Positions 11,753-25,060 of a stretch of DNA of 64,000 nt are shown piece by piece. A program made the position numbers and the translations under genes. The notes below the pieces were generated by a model. That model searched no databases and was not told the origin of the DNA. It saw nothing but the letters and a program-made list of their open reading frames with translations. The DNA lies in NCBI RefSeq assembly GCF_006345805.1, contig NC_043012.1, positions 59,148,001 through 59,212,000 on the forward strand, read 5' to 3'. Each line of letters starts with the position of its first letter. Positions within the stretch are counted from its first letter, which is position 1. The DNA is from Octopus sinensis (taxonomy: Eukaryota).

Positions 11753-12596
11753 CTTTTACATTTTTTTTCCGGTGCTCAAACGATCCTAACTGCTCATCCC
11801 CTTTCGTAGCTTTAATACAAAGAAATAAATGCCAAAGAGGACTGAAGCTGTGGTTAACACAACGATCAAAACATTTGGTGTAACTACTTTGAAAGCTTAT
11901 GTTCTGAATTTCCGTTTTCTCCCGTTAGAATCAAATCAAATACATACCAGTAATAAACATGGGTTGATACAATCGACCGTATGTATTCTGCCAGAAAATA
12001 CTTGTTTCGTATTCAGTGAAAATATATCAGGTTTGAATAAATTGCCTTTTTCCTTTAACACAGAGAAAAACCCCAATGTATTAGAGAGCGTAGAGTATGG
12101 GAAACTGTGACGATCTTCTGTTAACGAAAGGTATTAACAGGATTAATTAAGAGATAACACACTTAATCTAAGGAACACGATAACTTTAATTAATGAAAAC
12201 TATACCTGAAAAGCAGGGGAGATAAGCATACTACATTGATTAAATGAACTGAACAAACTAACAGAGGGGAACTTAAAATATAGCTAAAGATAGTCTTCAG
12301 ATAGGTGGACTCTCCAAACTTCTAGCATGGTTGTTAAGCCGCTAATAACATACTTAATCTAGAAAAGTGCTCTTGAGAGAAGTTATAAAATAGCGGGTAA
12401 AAAAACTGAAAAGATAAAAGGTGTGGGCGTGGCTGTCAGTTAAGAAGATTGGTTCGCAATCATATGATCTACGTGGCAACCAGAGCAAGTGTCCTCTACT
12501 ACAGCCTTAAGAAGTCTTAAGAAGTCCGCCGCACATACATAAACACACTCACACACACACACACACACACACACATATGCATATCACTTGAATAAA

Positions 12597-12750
12597 GTTA
12601 CGACATGGACTGGTTTTACACATTTTTTTTATTATTGTATTTAAAAAGATTTTTTTACAATATTGAAGTATGTTAAACATTAAAAATAAGATTTTGTAAC
12701 GTTCATAAGTTTCAATAATAAAAAACGTGAAACTCAGACCATGTCATAAC
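12597..12750. mobile_element. Small MITE-like foldback element
   Basis: About 40 bp imperfect terminal inverted repeats GTTACGACATGGAC../..GACCATGTCATAAC. Confidence 0.55.
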
Positions 12751-13024
12751 ATGAATATATATACATATATATATATATATAAAATACGGTCATTGATATA
12801 TAGATATATGCATATGCATATATGTATATGCATCTCTCCCCCCTCTCTCTTAATATATATATATAGTCTCTGTACGTCCGTAACTTAACGCTCGGCATAA
12901 GAGATCGACAAAATAAATATCATGCTTTCAAAATTCGATACAGTGACCAATTGGTTTGAATAAAACCAAAAAAAATCGTGAAGTAGGAATCTCTAATTTA
13001 ATATAATATATATGTGATCTCTTA

Positions 13025-13232
13025 AGCACCACCAGCTCAAATATTGTCTCCTCTGTCTTCCCTCCTTGGGATCTTTCCTTCTCCTTGTTTCCGACGAAGA
13101 GCTCCGCTCGAAACGTTAAATCCTCCTTCCCTTCTTTCCTGAGCGTCAATAATACTTTAATTGTTCCACGTCCTCCGTTGCTGTGTTTTTTTCTTTTTTT
13201 TTCCCTTTTTTTCTGTGTTTTCTTGTTTGGAT
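13025..13232 (+). repeat. Dispersed ~200 bp repeat with hammerhead-like motif (probable Penelope terminal repeat)
   Basis: Closely similar to the reverse complement of 49065-49255; motif CCGACGA-A-GAGC-TCC-GCTC-GAAAC-GTT at 13091-13117. Confidence 0.65.
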
Positions 13233-13274
<42 letters not shown>

Positions 13275-16144
13275 GAGAGAGGGGGGAGAGATGCATATAC
13301 ATACATGCATATGCATATATCTATATATCAATGACCGTATTTTTTACCTTTGTTTTAACCGTGCACCTCTTCACAACCGGTGTTAGCCTCTGTACGTCCG
13401 TAACGTAACGCTCGGCATAAGAGATCGACAAAATAAATATCATGCTTTCAAAAATAGATACAGTGACAAATTGGTTTGAATAAAACCCCCAAAAAATCGT
13501 GAAGTAGGAATAGCAGCATAGCCGCGCTCCAGGGATTGGGACAATGACCTACAAACGATAATAAAGCAAAGATTTTTTTCTTTTTACATCTAGAATTCAA
13601 ATTGCTTCGACATTTTGTTTTGATTTTGATTTGTTCTGCTGTGTTTCATTTTTCTTTTTGTTTTGTTTCTTGCCTTTTTTTTTTTTGCTTATTTGTTGTT
13701 TCTTTTTCTTCTGTTATTTGTTGTTTAATTTTTTTCAGGAAGTGTATTTCTAACACTGTAACTTCATGGGCTAATTCTATACTATAATATATCTGCGAGG
13801 TGAAGAATTATCACTTTGCAACCGCATGTTTCGGTTTCGGTGCCCCGATGTGGTACCTTGGTCCAGTGTTTTATGCAATAGCTCCTGACCGACCAATGCA
13901 TTGTGAGTTAAACTGTGTGAAAGCCCACCGTGTCTATATGTGTGTGCGTATGATTCAAAACAGTTTGATTCTGATTCGCAGGCCCCTAACGAAGCCTGTC
14001 TCCTTAGGTGTGTGGAATAACCGAATGAACAGAGAGGGTACCGAAAGTCGAAGGTGGCTACCAGAAGACTGGTTGCAATTGGTCAAGGAGGGTCACATGA
14101 TGTCACAGTAGATTATTATGCGTATATATGTCTGTGTTTGTGACAACCCTTGTTGATTTGTTTACTTATTCGTAAGTTAATGCTGCAAAAAATAAGTTGA
14201 TACAATAATTATCAAACAGGAGAGTAAGTACTGGGGCAGGGAGTTGAACTGTTCAAGAACCCCCCCCCCCAAGTCAGTGCCCCATCGTATCTGTAGACCA
14301 ATGTATGGAACAAGCAATCGGTTAAGGGTATAAAATCATTATATATCACATAATGTCATATCACAAATGCTCTCCGACGTGATTCAAAATTGCGTAAGAT
14401 ATCTCAACTCAAATGTACCGATTTATCACCATTTATGCTGGTGCTCACCTTATATTTTGTATATTACTATAATGAGGAAATAAGTAGTAAAAAACTTCAG
14501 AAGTTAGATCTGTCTGGAATGAAGAGGTTCATTGGCCAGACGTTATCCTAGTTTGTGGAGTGTTGAAGAACTAAATGAAACACCCAAGATGCCCTCTCTG
14601 AAAGGGGCGTCATTCCAATTTAAATGTAACCCTATCCCATCTGCTGCTGATGATGATTCTCATTTTTAACTGAGTAGCCAGGAGCTTCATGGCATGAAAT
14701 GCCTTGCTGAAGACCATAGATTATAAGTCGCTACCAGATTAGGAAATCGAACTCTCGCTCGTAAGATTGTTAATCCAACATTTTTAAGTTTAGAGGATAC
14801 ACAAATTGTGCCGCGCGTTTACAGGCTTATTAGAGAGATTCTAGCCTAGTTTGTCAGGTTTCCCAACCACTAAGTATTCAATACATCCGCCTGGAACGGC
14901 CGGCGAGTCAGTAGCAAGATAACTCACAACTGCTTCTGTTGCTGGCATTTAATTTCATTTAAGGAGACTGAAGCTACAGGAAATGAAGTATCTTATTCAA
15001 GACTATAGCATACCTCCTGGTCGAAGGATCGATCAAAACCATAGCACAGCGAATGTGAGTCAAATCCGTTCAATATTTGGTCACAAGATTCGTATTGAGT
15101 GTAGATATAATCGTCTAAAATTTTTGAAGGCTAAGACTTAGCATGCGTTAGACATAAGTCTCTCTTGAACCCTAGAAGTCAATGAGTCCGGAGCTTAACT
15201 TGATTTCCATGGCGCTTAAATGACAGAGATTACAACATTGCGCCACTGAACTGACCGCCAGTCCATTACAGAGCTAACTTCCCAGCTGGAACTTACTCAG
15301 AGCTGATTGCACAAAAGCAACGTGAAAAGAAGGTTTATGCTCAAGAATAAAACGAATTGCATGATCCAAGAATCGAAACTCCGCTCGTGAAATTCAGGTA
15401 ACACCTAGGCTAAGAGTCTCCACACGATGCTGTCCAATAACTAAAACCAGAGAAAGTAATAAAACAGGAATTGCAAAGCACCGTAAATGGATGGAGAAAT
15501 ACATTGCTAGAGAGCTGAGACTGCAGCAAATAGTCAGTCTCCAACTAAAGCAATTTCATTTTATTTATTTACATGACTAATATCCTTAGGAAAGGCTGGA
15601 AACGCCACATTTTCTATTTCCTTCCTTTAAATATAGGTTTACATGCCTTGTCAGAGTAAAACCAATAATAGACGATCTGCATTTTTATAGATTTTTTTTC
15701 TCTCTCTCTCTCTCTCTTTCTCTCAATCTGCTTACTAATATTTGTTACAAGTATATAAATGTGATAAATTTTATAGTGTTCAAATAAAATAAGAAAAGAT
15801 ATATAATAAAATGAAATTACAGATACAGCGTAGCATAAATAATAAAATATTTTAAATACTTTTATACCGTTATAATTTTTCTCTAGATATTTATTTTGTG
15901 TTTTACATAAATTTAAATTATCGTAAATATTTAATAGATTTTGTAAATAATTGGAAATATGTCAGAGAAATATTTATATATTACATATTTTTATTTAACA
16001 GCTTTACAATCTTATACACTTTTATTTCTTTATTTCTTAAATAACTTTGCGACTAAAATAAAGCAAAAACACACATACAGACGAACTCATAAACGAATAA
16101 ACATACGTGTATACATAGCCGTAGTCATAATTCTAATCACAAAC

Positions 16145-16352
16145 CTATTTCTCGCCGCTCGAAGACCAATTTTTATGCGAATCCATCGCCAACAATAGGG
16201 AAATTATATCAGAAGAATAAAACAAATGACATAGAGAAAGAAAATACAAAAGAGTGCAAAAAATTGTTTAGTGCAGACGATCCAATATAAAATAATAGGA
16301 CGAAACCGACAGGAAGTGAACGGAATAAACGAAACCGAAGCCGACCGGAAAT
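16145..16352 (-). promoter_or_regulatory. Candidate promoter / non-coding first exon
   Basis: CpG-rich unique patch with ETS-type motifs CAGGAAGT (16310-16317) and CCGGAAAT (16345-16352), a T-rich leader on the - strand, and AG|GTTTGT donor at 16144. Confidence 0.35.
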
Positions 16353-16717
16353 GAAAGTGCAAAAAACAATACATATTGGATGTTTGGCTGAACAACACGA
16401 ATGCCAATTACTATATTTCCTTCTCAACTGCACCCTCGCTTATGCTTTCTACTTTTCTCCTCTTCCCACTCTCTCCCTCCTTATCTATCTCTCTACGTGT
16501 TTTTATCTCTCTTCTCTCCCTCGCCTTTTGTCATCATTCTTTACCATAATTTCAGTCTCTCTGTCTCCCGCTCTTCTCTCTCTCTCTCGCTTTCTCTCTC
16601 TCTGTCTCCCTTAAATATTTCACTCCTTTTCTCTATACCGCAAATTTTATATCTACATCTCCCTCCTCTTTCCCTCCTTTCCCTTTCTTTAATTCTCTCA
16701 ATTTCTCTCTCTTTCAT

Positions 16718-16751
<34 letters not shown>

Positions 16752-16834
16752 CTCTCTCAACATGGATGTATTGAAACAGCATACGTGCTCAATACAAAAT
16801 CACAGAGAGTCTCATAGAGTGATTTATATATGTT

Positions 16835-16884
<50 letters not shown>

Positions 16885-16893
<9 letters not shown>

Positions 16894-17235
16894 AACGGGG
16901 CGCCACTGCATTGTCCAAAGATCCCAACATCGCCATAAAAATACATGACCAGATACTGCATCAGCTTGGGTTTCAGAGGACCACAGCTTTTCAATATCCT
17001 TCCTAAATGCCTGAGAGACCTGCACGGTGTGGATGTGGGTTTCTTTAAAACTAAACTCGATCTCTTCTTCTCATGGATTCCAGATGAACCTACCGCTCGG
17101 CAGGAAATACAGACGTGGGCAGCGTCGTCGAACCCCTTCGTTGACCAAGTGCCTCGTATCAGAGAGGCTTTCACATGCTAGTGTAGCACAATCAACGGTG
17201 GTGCACCAGCATGACCGCAGCTTTCGGGCTGAAAA
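16885..17235 (+). mobile_element. 3' end of CR1/L2-group LINE (RT C-terminus plus 3' UTR)
   Basis: TRYCISLGFRGPQLFNILPKCLRDLHGVDVGFFKTKLDLFFSWIPDEP is colinear with the C-terminus of the RT-bearing copy at 55605-57628. Confidence 0.85.
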
Positions 17236-17284
17236 GGATTTAAGGATTTATATATGTATTACACACACACACACTCACACACAC

Positions 17285-17335
<51 letters not shown>

Positions 17336-17741
17336 CACATATATATACACGTATATAAAATAGGAACATTATTTCTAAATCTCTCAAAGAGAGATATGCA
17401 GTAACTGTTCTTTAAAGTAAAAGCTATTTGCCAACATAATGTGGCTGTCCTGGAAGAGACGAGTGTTACTGTTGTTTAGCCCCAGGAAGCATCGTTTCTA
17501 ACTGGCCACACGACACAATATCTGTGTCCTTATATTTTCGAACAGGGAGTCCAGCACTCCCATCCATTATGTGCTGGATTGGAGTGCTGAACTCTCTGTT
17601 CGAAAATACAAGGACACAGATACTGTGCCGTATAGTCAGCTGGAATCGATGTTTCCAAAGGCTAAGGCTAAACAGCAGTAACAATCGTGCCTTTCAGGAC
17701 AGCTACATCATGTTAGCAAATAGCTTTTACCATATATATAT

Positions 17742-17900
17742 ATGAACTACTACATTATACTCTTTAAACATATAGCATGGACTCCCTTTATTATATATGA
17801 ATTTTTTATATTTGACTCTATTGAATATATGTCACAATTATGAACTATTACATCATACTCTTTAAACATATAGCATGAACTCCCTTTATTATATATAATT
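17742..17900. repeat. ~98 bp tandem duplication
   Basis: TACTCTTTAAACATATAGCATGrACTCCCTTTATTATATAT occurs near 17758 and 17856. Confidence 0.85.
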
Positions 17901-18010
17901 TTTTTTGATAAGGTTCGTCATTTCAAGAACCGAAACATGTTAAAAATTAAAATTTGTCTAATATAGCAGCATTTTCAAACTTCATTTTTTACAAATTATA
18001 TATATATATA

Positions 18011-18276
18011 TCACTGTGATCACTGTGACCGACCAGGCTTCGCATTGTTTTAGCCTTCAAGTGACGCCACCCCGCTAGCTAAGCAAGCAGGCCAACAGAA
18101 CAAAGAGTGAGAGAAAGTTGTGGCGAAAGAGTACAGCAGGGATCGCCAGCACCCCCTGCCGGATCCTCGTTGAGCTTTAGTTGTTTTCGCTCAATAAACA
18201 CTCAGAACGCCCGGTCTGGGAATCGAAATCGCGATCCTACGACCGCGCGTCCGCTGCCCTGACCACTGGGCCATTT
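18011..18276 (-). mobile_element. tRNA-derived SINE (OR1/OR2-like, second subfamily)
   Basis: Reverse complement AATGGCCCAGTGGTCAGGGCAGCGGAC..TTCGATTCCCAGACCGGGCG; homologous to 27138-27420. Confidence 0.85.
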
Positions 18277-18610
18277 TGAATGAACTCCTATCAGATTATA
18301 CATACTATAGGCAAGAAGCATTTCTGTACATTCTACACAGCACTTTCCTTGGATTTTGGAACTGCAATTGTAACATCCTACATATATTTTTACTTTTATT
18401 TTTATCTTCTAACTTCCCTCTATACTTCCTATATCCATCTTTTTCCAAAATAATTCCAAATATTGAACTCTACTATTCCCCCTAGTTAACCCTGCCATAT
18501 CGTCCCTGCCCTTATGAAGGGATATCCCTAATATCCCAGAAACAGCTGTAAAACTATCTGTTTATGAATGTCCTATAAATTTCACACAGACTTGGTTTTG
18601 TTGTCTCATT

Positions 18611-18667
<57 letters not shown>

Positions 18668-18670
18668 TAC

Positions 18671-18722
<52 letters not shown>

Positions 18723-18837
18723 TTATATATACATATATATATATATATATATACATACATACATACATATATATATATATGTACACACACACACACACAC
18801 ATATATATATGTAGACACTGATCTTTGTTTTATTCTT

Positions 18838-19210
18838 CATCTACAATCTGCCAAAGGAGTTATTTGCCTTAGAAAGTCTATTGTTAGTTTCCTTGTCGAT
18901 CCTTGCATCGGATGAGATGATGCAGCCCAGATATGTAAACTGCTATATTGATTTCAGTTCGGTACCGCAGATAGTGATGTGGGGTGGGCGGTATTCTTCT
19001 TGGGGTGTAGGTAGGTGAAGCACCTCCGTCTTCTTGAGACTGCGAGGCGTCTGCAATGCAGGACGTGATGCGCTGCAGAGCTCGCTCTGTGTGGGCGACA
19101 AGAACAGCGTCGTCTGCGAAGAGAAGGTCTCGAATCAACCTCTCCTGGATCTCGGTGTGGGCTTGGAGGCGCTGTAGATTGAAGAGACTGCCATCCAGAA
19201 TATACTACAC
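18838..19210 (-). mobile_element. RTE (BovB-like) LINE reverse transcriptase fragment, frameshifted
   Basis: DGSLFNLQRLQAHTEIQERLIRDLLFADDAVLVAHTERALQ, followed by [32 protein letters not shown]. Confidence 0.9.
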
Positions 19211-20877
19211 TTCTAAGAACTGTATGACGGTTGTTGAGGTCATAGCTTCTAAAGGATTGAGGTTCATACTTAATTTATTAGTCTTTTTATCAACTACCAA
19301 ATCTAAGACTAGAAGATTATATTGTTTAGAATGGAGGGCAGGAGTGAGTTGACAGCACATAGCTGAGTGTGGTCATAAATATTATCAAGATTAGTATAAC
19401 GTAACTGTCTATAAAGGAGGCTGGATAGGGGAAGACCTCAAATCAAGATGTTAATTACCAGTTAAAGGGGTAAGACGCTAATAAAAGCTATGACGTTAAT
19501 ACAGAGGAAATTATCATTGTTACTATGGATGATTGTATATAAACAATATTGTTGTATTGTATAAAGATAAAATTTAAGATTATTAAAAATGATATTATAA
19601 CCAAATATAATAACCATATATATATATATATATATATAATTTTCAGCTGATCATGTGACTTGTTCTCTGTAATTTGGTATCGCATTAGTATTCAGTATAC
19701 AGACACAGCAATTTTCGTATTCTTCAGTTGTACTCGTAAAAGCAAAATTCATGAATGGCGGTTCTCACATGGTTCTCACATTCGTGGTGCCCTGAGTGAT
19801 GTACTGATAAGCGACAGTAAAAAAGTCCCACTGAGTTTGCGAGTCGATGTTAGCTTTGTGTTTGTTTCATATTCATGTATCGCGATTTGTGATATGGTAG
19901 TTCTCAGCAAAAAGATAACTGTAACATTTTGAACCTTTACTTTATGAAGTGGCTTTCTCAAATATATACCATGAAATTTATGTAAAGTCAGTCCTTTTCA
20001 ATTTTAGCCTACATTGCTGGAATATATCTGTGATGGAATTTGAAAGGATTCATATGCTGGTATAATCAATCCTCAAATATGTTTTCTGTTAAACCGATGT
20101 ATGACAAAATACTGCTAATTTTCTTTTCATTTTCAATTGTTGCTGGCGAATTTATGATAAAGTTTCTCAAACACAAGTTATCCAAATAAGGAAACACGTT
20201 ATAATCTACAGCCGCAAAATTCATAAAATATTGAATACGAATAACAAAAATCAGTTATCGCACGTCACTTTATATTAGAAAAATCATTGCTGTAAAATCC
20301 TTAAGAACATACAATCCAGATACAAATGTATGTAATACTTGAGTTAAGATATATATATACATATATATCATGTACCGCGTTTGTAAATGTCCATACTAAT
20401 CCACTGTTACTGATTTTATCCGTAATAATTCTTGACAAAATATTGTTTTAATCTTCATTTTTCTCTTATATCCATTTCTTCTGTCTATCTCCCTTTCTTT
20501 CCCCTCTCTCGCACTACCTACTTTTGTGACTCTCATCTAACTGAAATCACACGTCTTGTACGTCTGCAAACACACCCACGATTGCCATCAAATTCAATGT
20601 CTTTCTACGCATTTTAAAACCTTCTTTATATTCTACCTACGTATATTTGACTACGGAAAGCTTTTCTCACAATGTTAGCATTTTCATAATTTTGCTCCCT
20701 TTATTCGCTAACTTGTTCTTATTATTCTCGTTATTGTTGTTACTTATCACGTCCACCTGACACCCTTGATCAAAGACACAATAATTCTAAATTTTCCAGC
20801 TTTGACCGGCGCATCATATTTCCGAGTATATCTAAGCGTACACGATCAAGTTCTTATTTAACATTTAACTTAGCTTA

Positions 20878-21185
20878 ACTGGCACTCCGTCAGTTACTAC
20901 GACGAGGATTCGAGCTGATCCCATCAACCGAATAGCCTCTTCGTGAAATAAACGTGCAAGTAGCTTAGTACTCCAAAGACACGCGTACTCTTAACGTGGT
21001 ACTCAGCGAGATTCACCGTGAGAAGAATGTGACAAGGCTGGCCTTTTGAATTACAGATACAACTCCTATTTTTTGCCTGCTGAGTGAACTGGAGCAACGT
21101 GTAATAAAGTGTCTTCCGCGCCAGAGGAAATCGAACTCACGACCTTCCGATAGTGATCCAAAGACCCTAACCACTATGCCACGCA
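20878..21185 (-). mobile_element. Nin/Deu-like SINE
   Basis: GGCACTCCGTCAGTTACTACGACGAGG..TGTGACAAGGCTGGCCTTTTGAA..ACCCTAACCACTATGCCAC; homologous to 31917-32215. Confidence 0.8.
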
Positions 21186-21328
21186 CATTTGCATTTAAGA
21201 TTTTATGATGTAAATAGATATAGATTAAGCTGATATTTCTTGAAGAGTGTATAACCACAACGAGAGTGTGGTCATATCACCATTTGCACAAAAGTGATTA
21301 TTTTACTGGTTTTGTTCTTTACTAACAG

Positions 21329-21376
21329 ATCCACACAGAATTATAATATTAATACCTTTAAAATGGATTGGTTTAT
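21329..21376 (+). CDS. Candidate 48 nt exon, possibly carrying the start codon (ATG 21363)
   Basis: tttgttctttactaacAG acceptor and GTAAGT donor at 21377; two open frames. Confidence 0.4.
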
Positions 21377-21929
21377 GTAAGTATACGTATTATTCTACAT
21401 TAATGCTTCCCTAAAGTGCAATCTGTGTCTCTCAGATAAGCATGACATTCTATTCCAGCCTATTGAGATTTTGAGCAAAATATTTGAATTGATAAATTCT
21501 TCTAACACGTTCATTAATATTTATTCAGGAATTTCCAACTAACCAATTTTATTTCCTATATAATTGATTTTTCATACCTTGAGACATAGTTCTGTATGAC
21601 AAAAATATTCATTTATTCATTAACTCAAAGAATCCATCAACAAAAGCAGTTTTTTCGATTTCACGTATGGAGAAAGATTATACACAAAAATTTCACGCCT
21701 TTTACAACATTTTGGGGTTTGGAGCTTTTTCTAGAAATTTCGATGTTATGCTAACTAATTCTGTATCGATATGCTTTGCAATATATTTTGTCTAATCTCT
21801 CGTGCAATTTCTGCACAACAGGTACTTCAGCAACCACAAGCATGAAACTCAGAGTAACGATTCAAGTAGGGTGATATATATATATATATATCACCCATAT
21901 GATATATATATATATATATATATAACTCA

Positions 21930-22319
21930 ACTCGTCCTGTCGAAAGACCCTCGTCCTACGTCCTGGTTTTGTTTTGATTTTTATCCTTACCGTTATTGTT
22001 TTTACGTTTTTGTATTCTTATTCGTGCTTTCCTTATTGTTGTCACGTATTCTGTATTTTTATTCGTGTACATCGTTCGTTTTCCGTCCTTGTGTTGTATA
22101 CATTCGAAGCTTTCTTCCAAGGGATCTAATGCGCTTGGCTTAGATTTCCCTTGGGGGCTGCCCAGATCGGAGCAATCTCAAGATTAATCAGCCGAAATTG
22201 CGAAGATGATCTGGTTCTTGACTGATGACTGAGGGCTTCGAATGTCTCGTCCTGTGGTTCTTGTGTCGTCTCCTTGGCGTTTCACGTTCTTGTCCATGTT
22301 TGTATTTATTTTTACTGTT

Positions 22320-22320
<1 letters not shown>
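21930..22320 (+). repeat. Unclassified dispersed repeat, homologous to 2890-3185
   Basis: Colinear shared blocks with the reverse complement of 2890-3185; flanked by (TA)n on both sides. Confidence 0.6.
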
Positions 22321-22364
<44 letters not shown>

Positions 22365-22368
22365 GTAT

Positions 22369-22402
<34 letters not shown>

Positions 22403-22575
22403 CATATAGATAAATAGATAGAAAAACATAGACACATACACACACACCACACCACACACATATATATAACATGTAATATTTATAATATATATATACATAC
22501 TATATAATATATATAATATATATGTACATGCGTACATATATCTACATATATATATATATGTATATATATATTATA

Positions 22576-22611
<36 letters not shown>

Positions 22612-23162
22612 TATGTGTGTGTATAATATTATATATATATAACATATATATGCACATATATGGATACGAACATATATACATCTATACTTGAATATATGTA
22701 ATGCACACACACACATACATGCATACGTGCATATATGCATATATGCTTAGTAATTACTGACAGCCTATTATATAGGCTAATCTTGAGTCTCAGATAAGAA
22801 TATATGATAAAATCTGGAACAAGCGTAAGCAATTAAAGAAAATTTTAAAAAATACTCTCTGCAATAATTATATTTAAATTCCAAACCTTCATTTTTGATG
22901 TAAATTACCTATGAGATATAAGATCAAGGTTGAAAATTTAATAAACCTTACTTTAATTCACATTTTCATTCTTTTCTACAAAACGCTGAAATATATTTAT
23001 TCTCTTAAGGTGTTAAAACCGATAGTTTCAGATTATTATTTCGGTACTAATTTCTCTTTCGTACACAGACACACTGGCACACACAAACACAGATATATAT
23101 ATACAAACACATGCAGACAGAAACATACACACATACAGACATACATATATATTATATGTGTG

Positions 23163-23213
<51 letters not shown>

Positions 23214-23343
23214 ATATATATATATATATATATATATATCTATATATATATATATATATATGTAATATATATATATATATGAATTCATATATAATTTACA
23301 CACACATTATATATATGTATGTATATTATATATAATATATATT

Positions 23344-23378
<35 letters not shown>

Positions 23379-23889
23379 CACAAATATGTATGTCCTGATA
23401 TACACACACATATAATTCAATTTTGAAAGTGAGAAGCTAAATGAAATTATGAACAATTGCATTTTACAATCTGCAATCTGGATCTTTTTATGATGTATTA
23501 TATCTTATAATAAGGGACAGGATGGCTACGTGATTAACAATTTCTCTCCATAACAGCATGTTTCTGAGTTCGATTTTTCTCCATTGCGTATAGGTTAGGT
23601 ATCTTCTAATATAGCTTTTCGAGAGGGGTATTTCATAGATTTGAAGTTTGCAGGATCGCATCTAATACGTGTGCATGTGCATATGCAAGTCCAATAATTA
23701 GCAGTTCGACTTTTTTTAATATCAAAAACACTCTAACTATTCAGAAATCAATTCTCTGTTCCTAATGTTCTATTGACAGACTCGAATGTGGATATCCGGT
23801 TTGTCTTTTATCCAATCATATGACAGCAGCCATAGAACAACATACTGTATATCCTACATAGTAAATAGCTACATGCATACGTACGCACG

Positions 23890-23935
<46 letters not shown>

Positions 23936-24726
23936 GAAACACACACACATACGCATACATATACATATATATAGTGTTTTACAGTGTCATAAGGTGGTGC
24001 GTAGATGAGTGGTTACGTTGCTGGATCTTGGTTTCGATTCTTGGATAAGGCTCTGCGTTATGTTCTTGAGTAAAACACTTCATTTCACGATGTTCCAGTC
24101 CACTGAGTTCATAAAAAATAAGTAACCCTGATGCGGGCCTTCGTCCCATTCAGTGGAGGAATATTTACGTAACAAAATCCGAGGAACCGATTCTATGATC
24201 TTATGGGTCAGAAAGGAAATTCCATCCTTTTGTATAGTGGTATAAACGGTAGGACACCGAAGGAATTTCCTGAAGAGTTTGTTGTTTACGCCCAAGGTCA
24301 AATCTTCATACAGAAATTTCTTACTAAAAGGAGTGCAGCCATGACTATTATTTAGTTTTTCTGCGATTTCCGCAGAGCAGCCGGAACACAATCAGTACTG
24401 TATCCAATCATTCTTAAATCGTCTTGAAAGATACAAACGTGAACATCTAGTCGCTGTTGGTTTTACTCGTCAGAGAATACCTCCCTCCTATTTAGAAGAT
24501 TCGTGTTCATAACACACAGGATTCCCCCAATATAAGGGGAATTTCAGACGCTGCAGTGGCCCGATAGCATTGTTTGTCTCCACAGACGTCATTCTCCGAA
24601 ACCACTGAACAACAGCCGTCTGATATTTGCGTTGAAATCTGCTAGAACGTTTTAAGAATAAATAGCAAGTATATGTTTGGCAGACGTGTGTGAGTACGCA
24701 TCAGCAAATAACTTGCTGATTTCTAT

Positions 24727-25005
24727 AGGCGTAGCAGTGGGCTGTGTAGTAAGTAGCTTGCTTACGTACCACATAGTTCCCGGTTCAGTCCCACTGCGTG
24801 CCACCTCGGGAAAGTGTTCTCTACTATAGCCTCGGACCGACCAAAGCCTTGTGATTGGATTTGGTAGACGGCAACTGAAAAAAGCCTGTCGTATATATGT
24901 ATGTAATATATATCTATATATATTATATATACTAAACGCACACACAGACATACAAACATACAAACATACAATACATACATCTAACATACACACATATATA
25001 TATTA

Positions 25006-25060
<55 letters not shown>

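Noticed and set aside
22190-22240. GCCGAAA..CTGATGA arrangement suggesting a type II hammerhead
   Set aside because: Helix II does not close, and the sister copy near 3030 lacks the core.
24080-24640. GC-richer unique segment with short open frames on both strands
   Set aside because: No recognisable protein motif or splice-site pair; probably an old element but unassignable.
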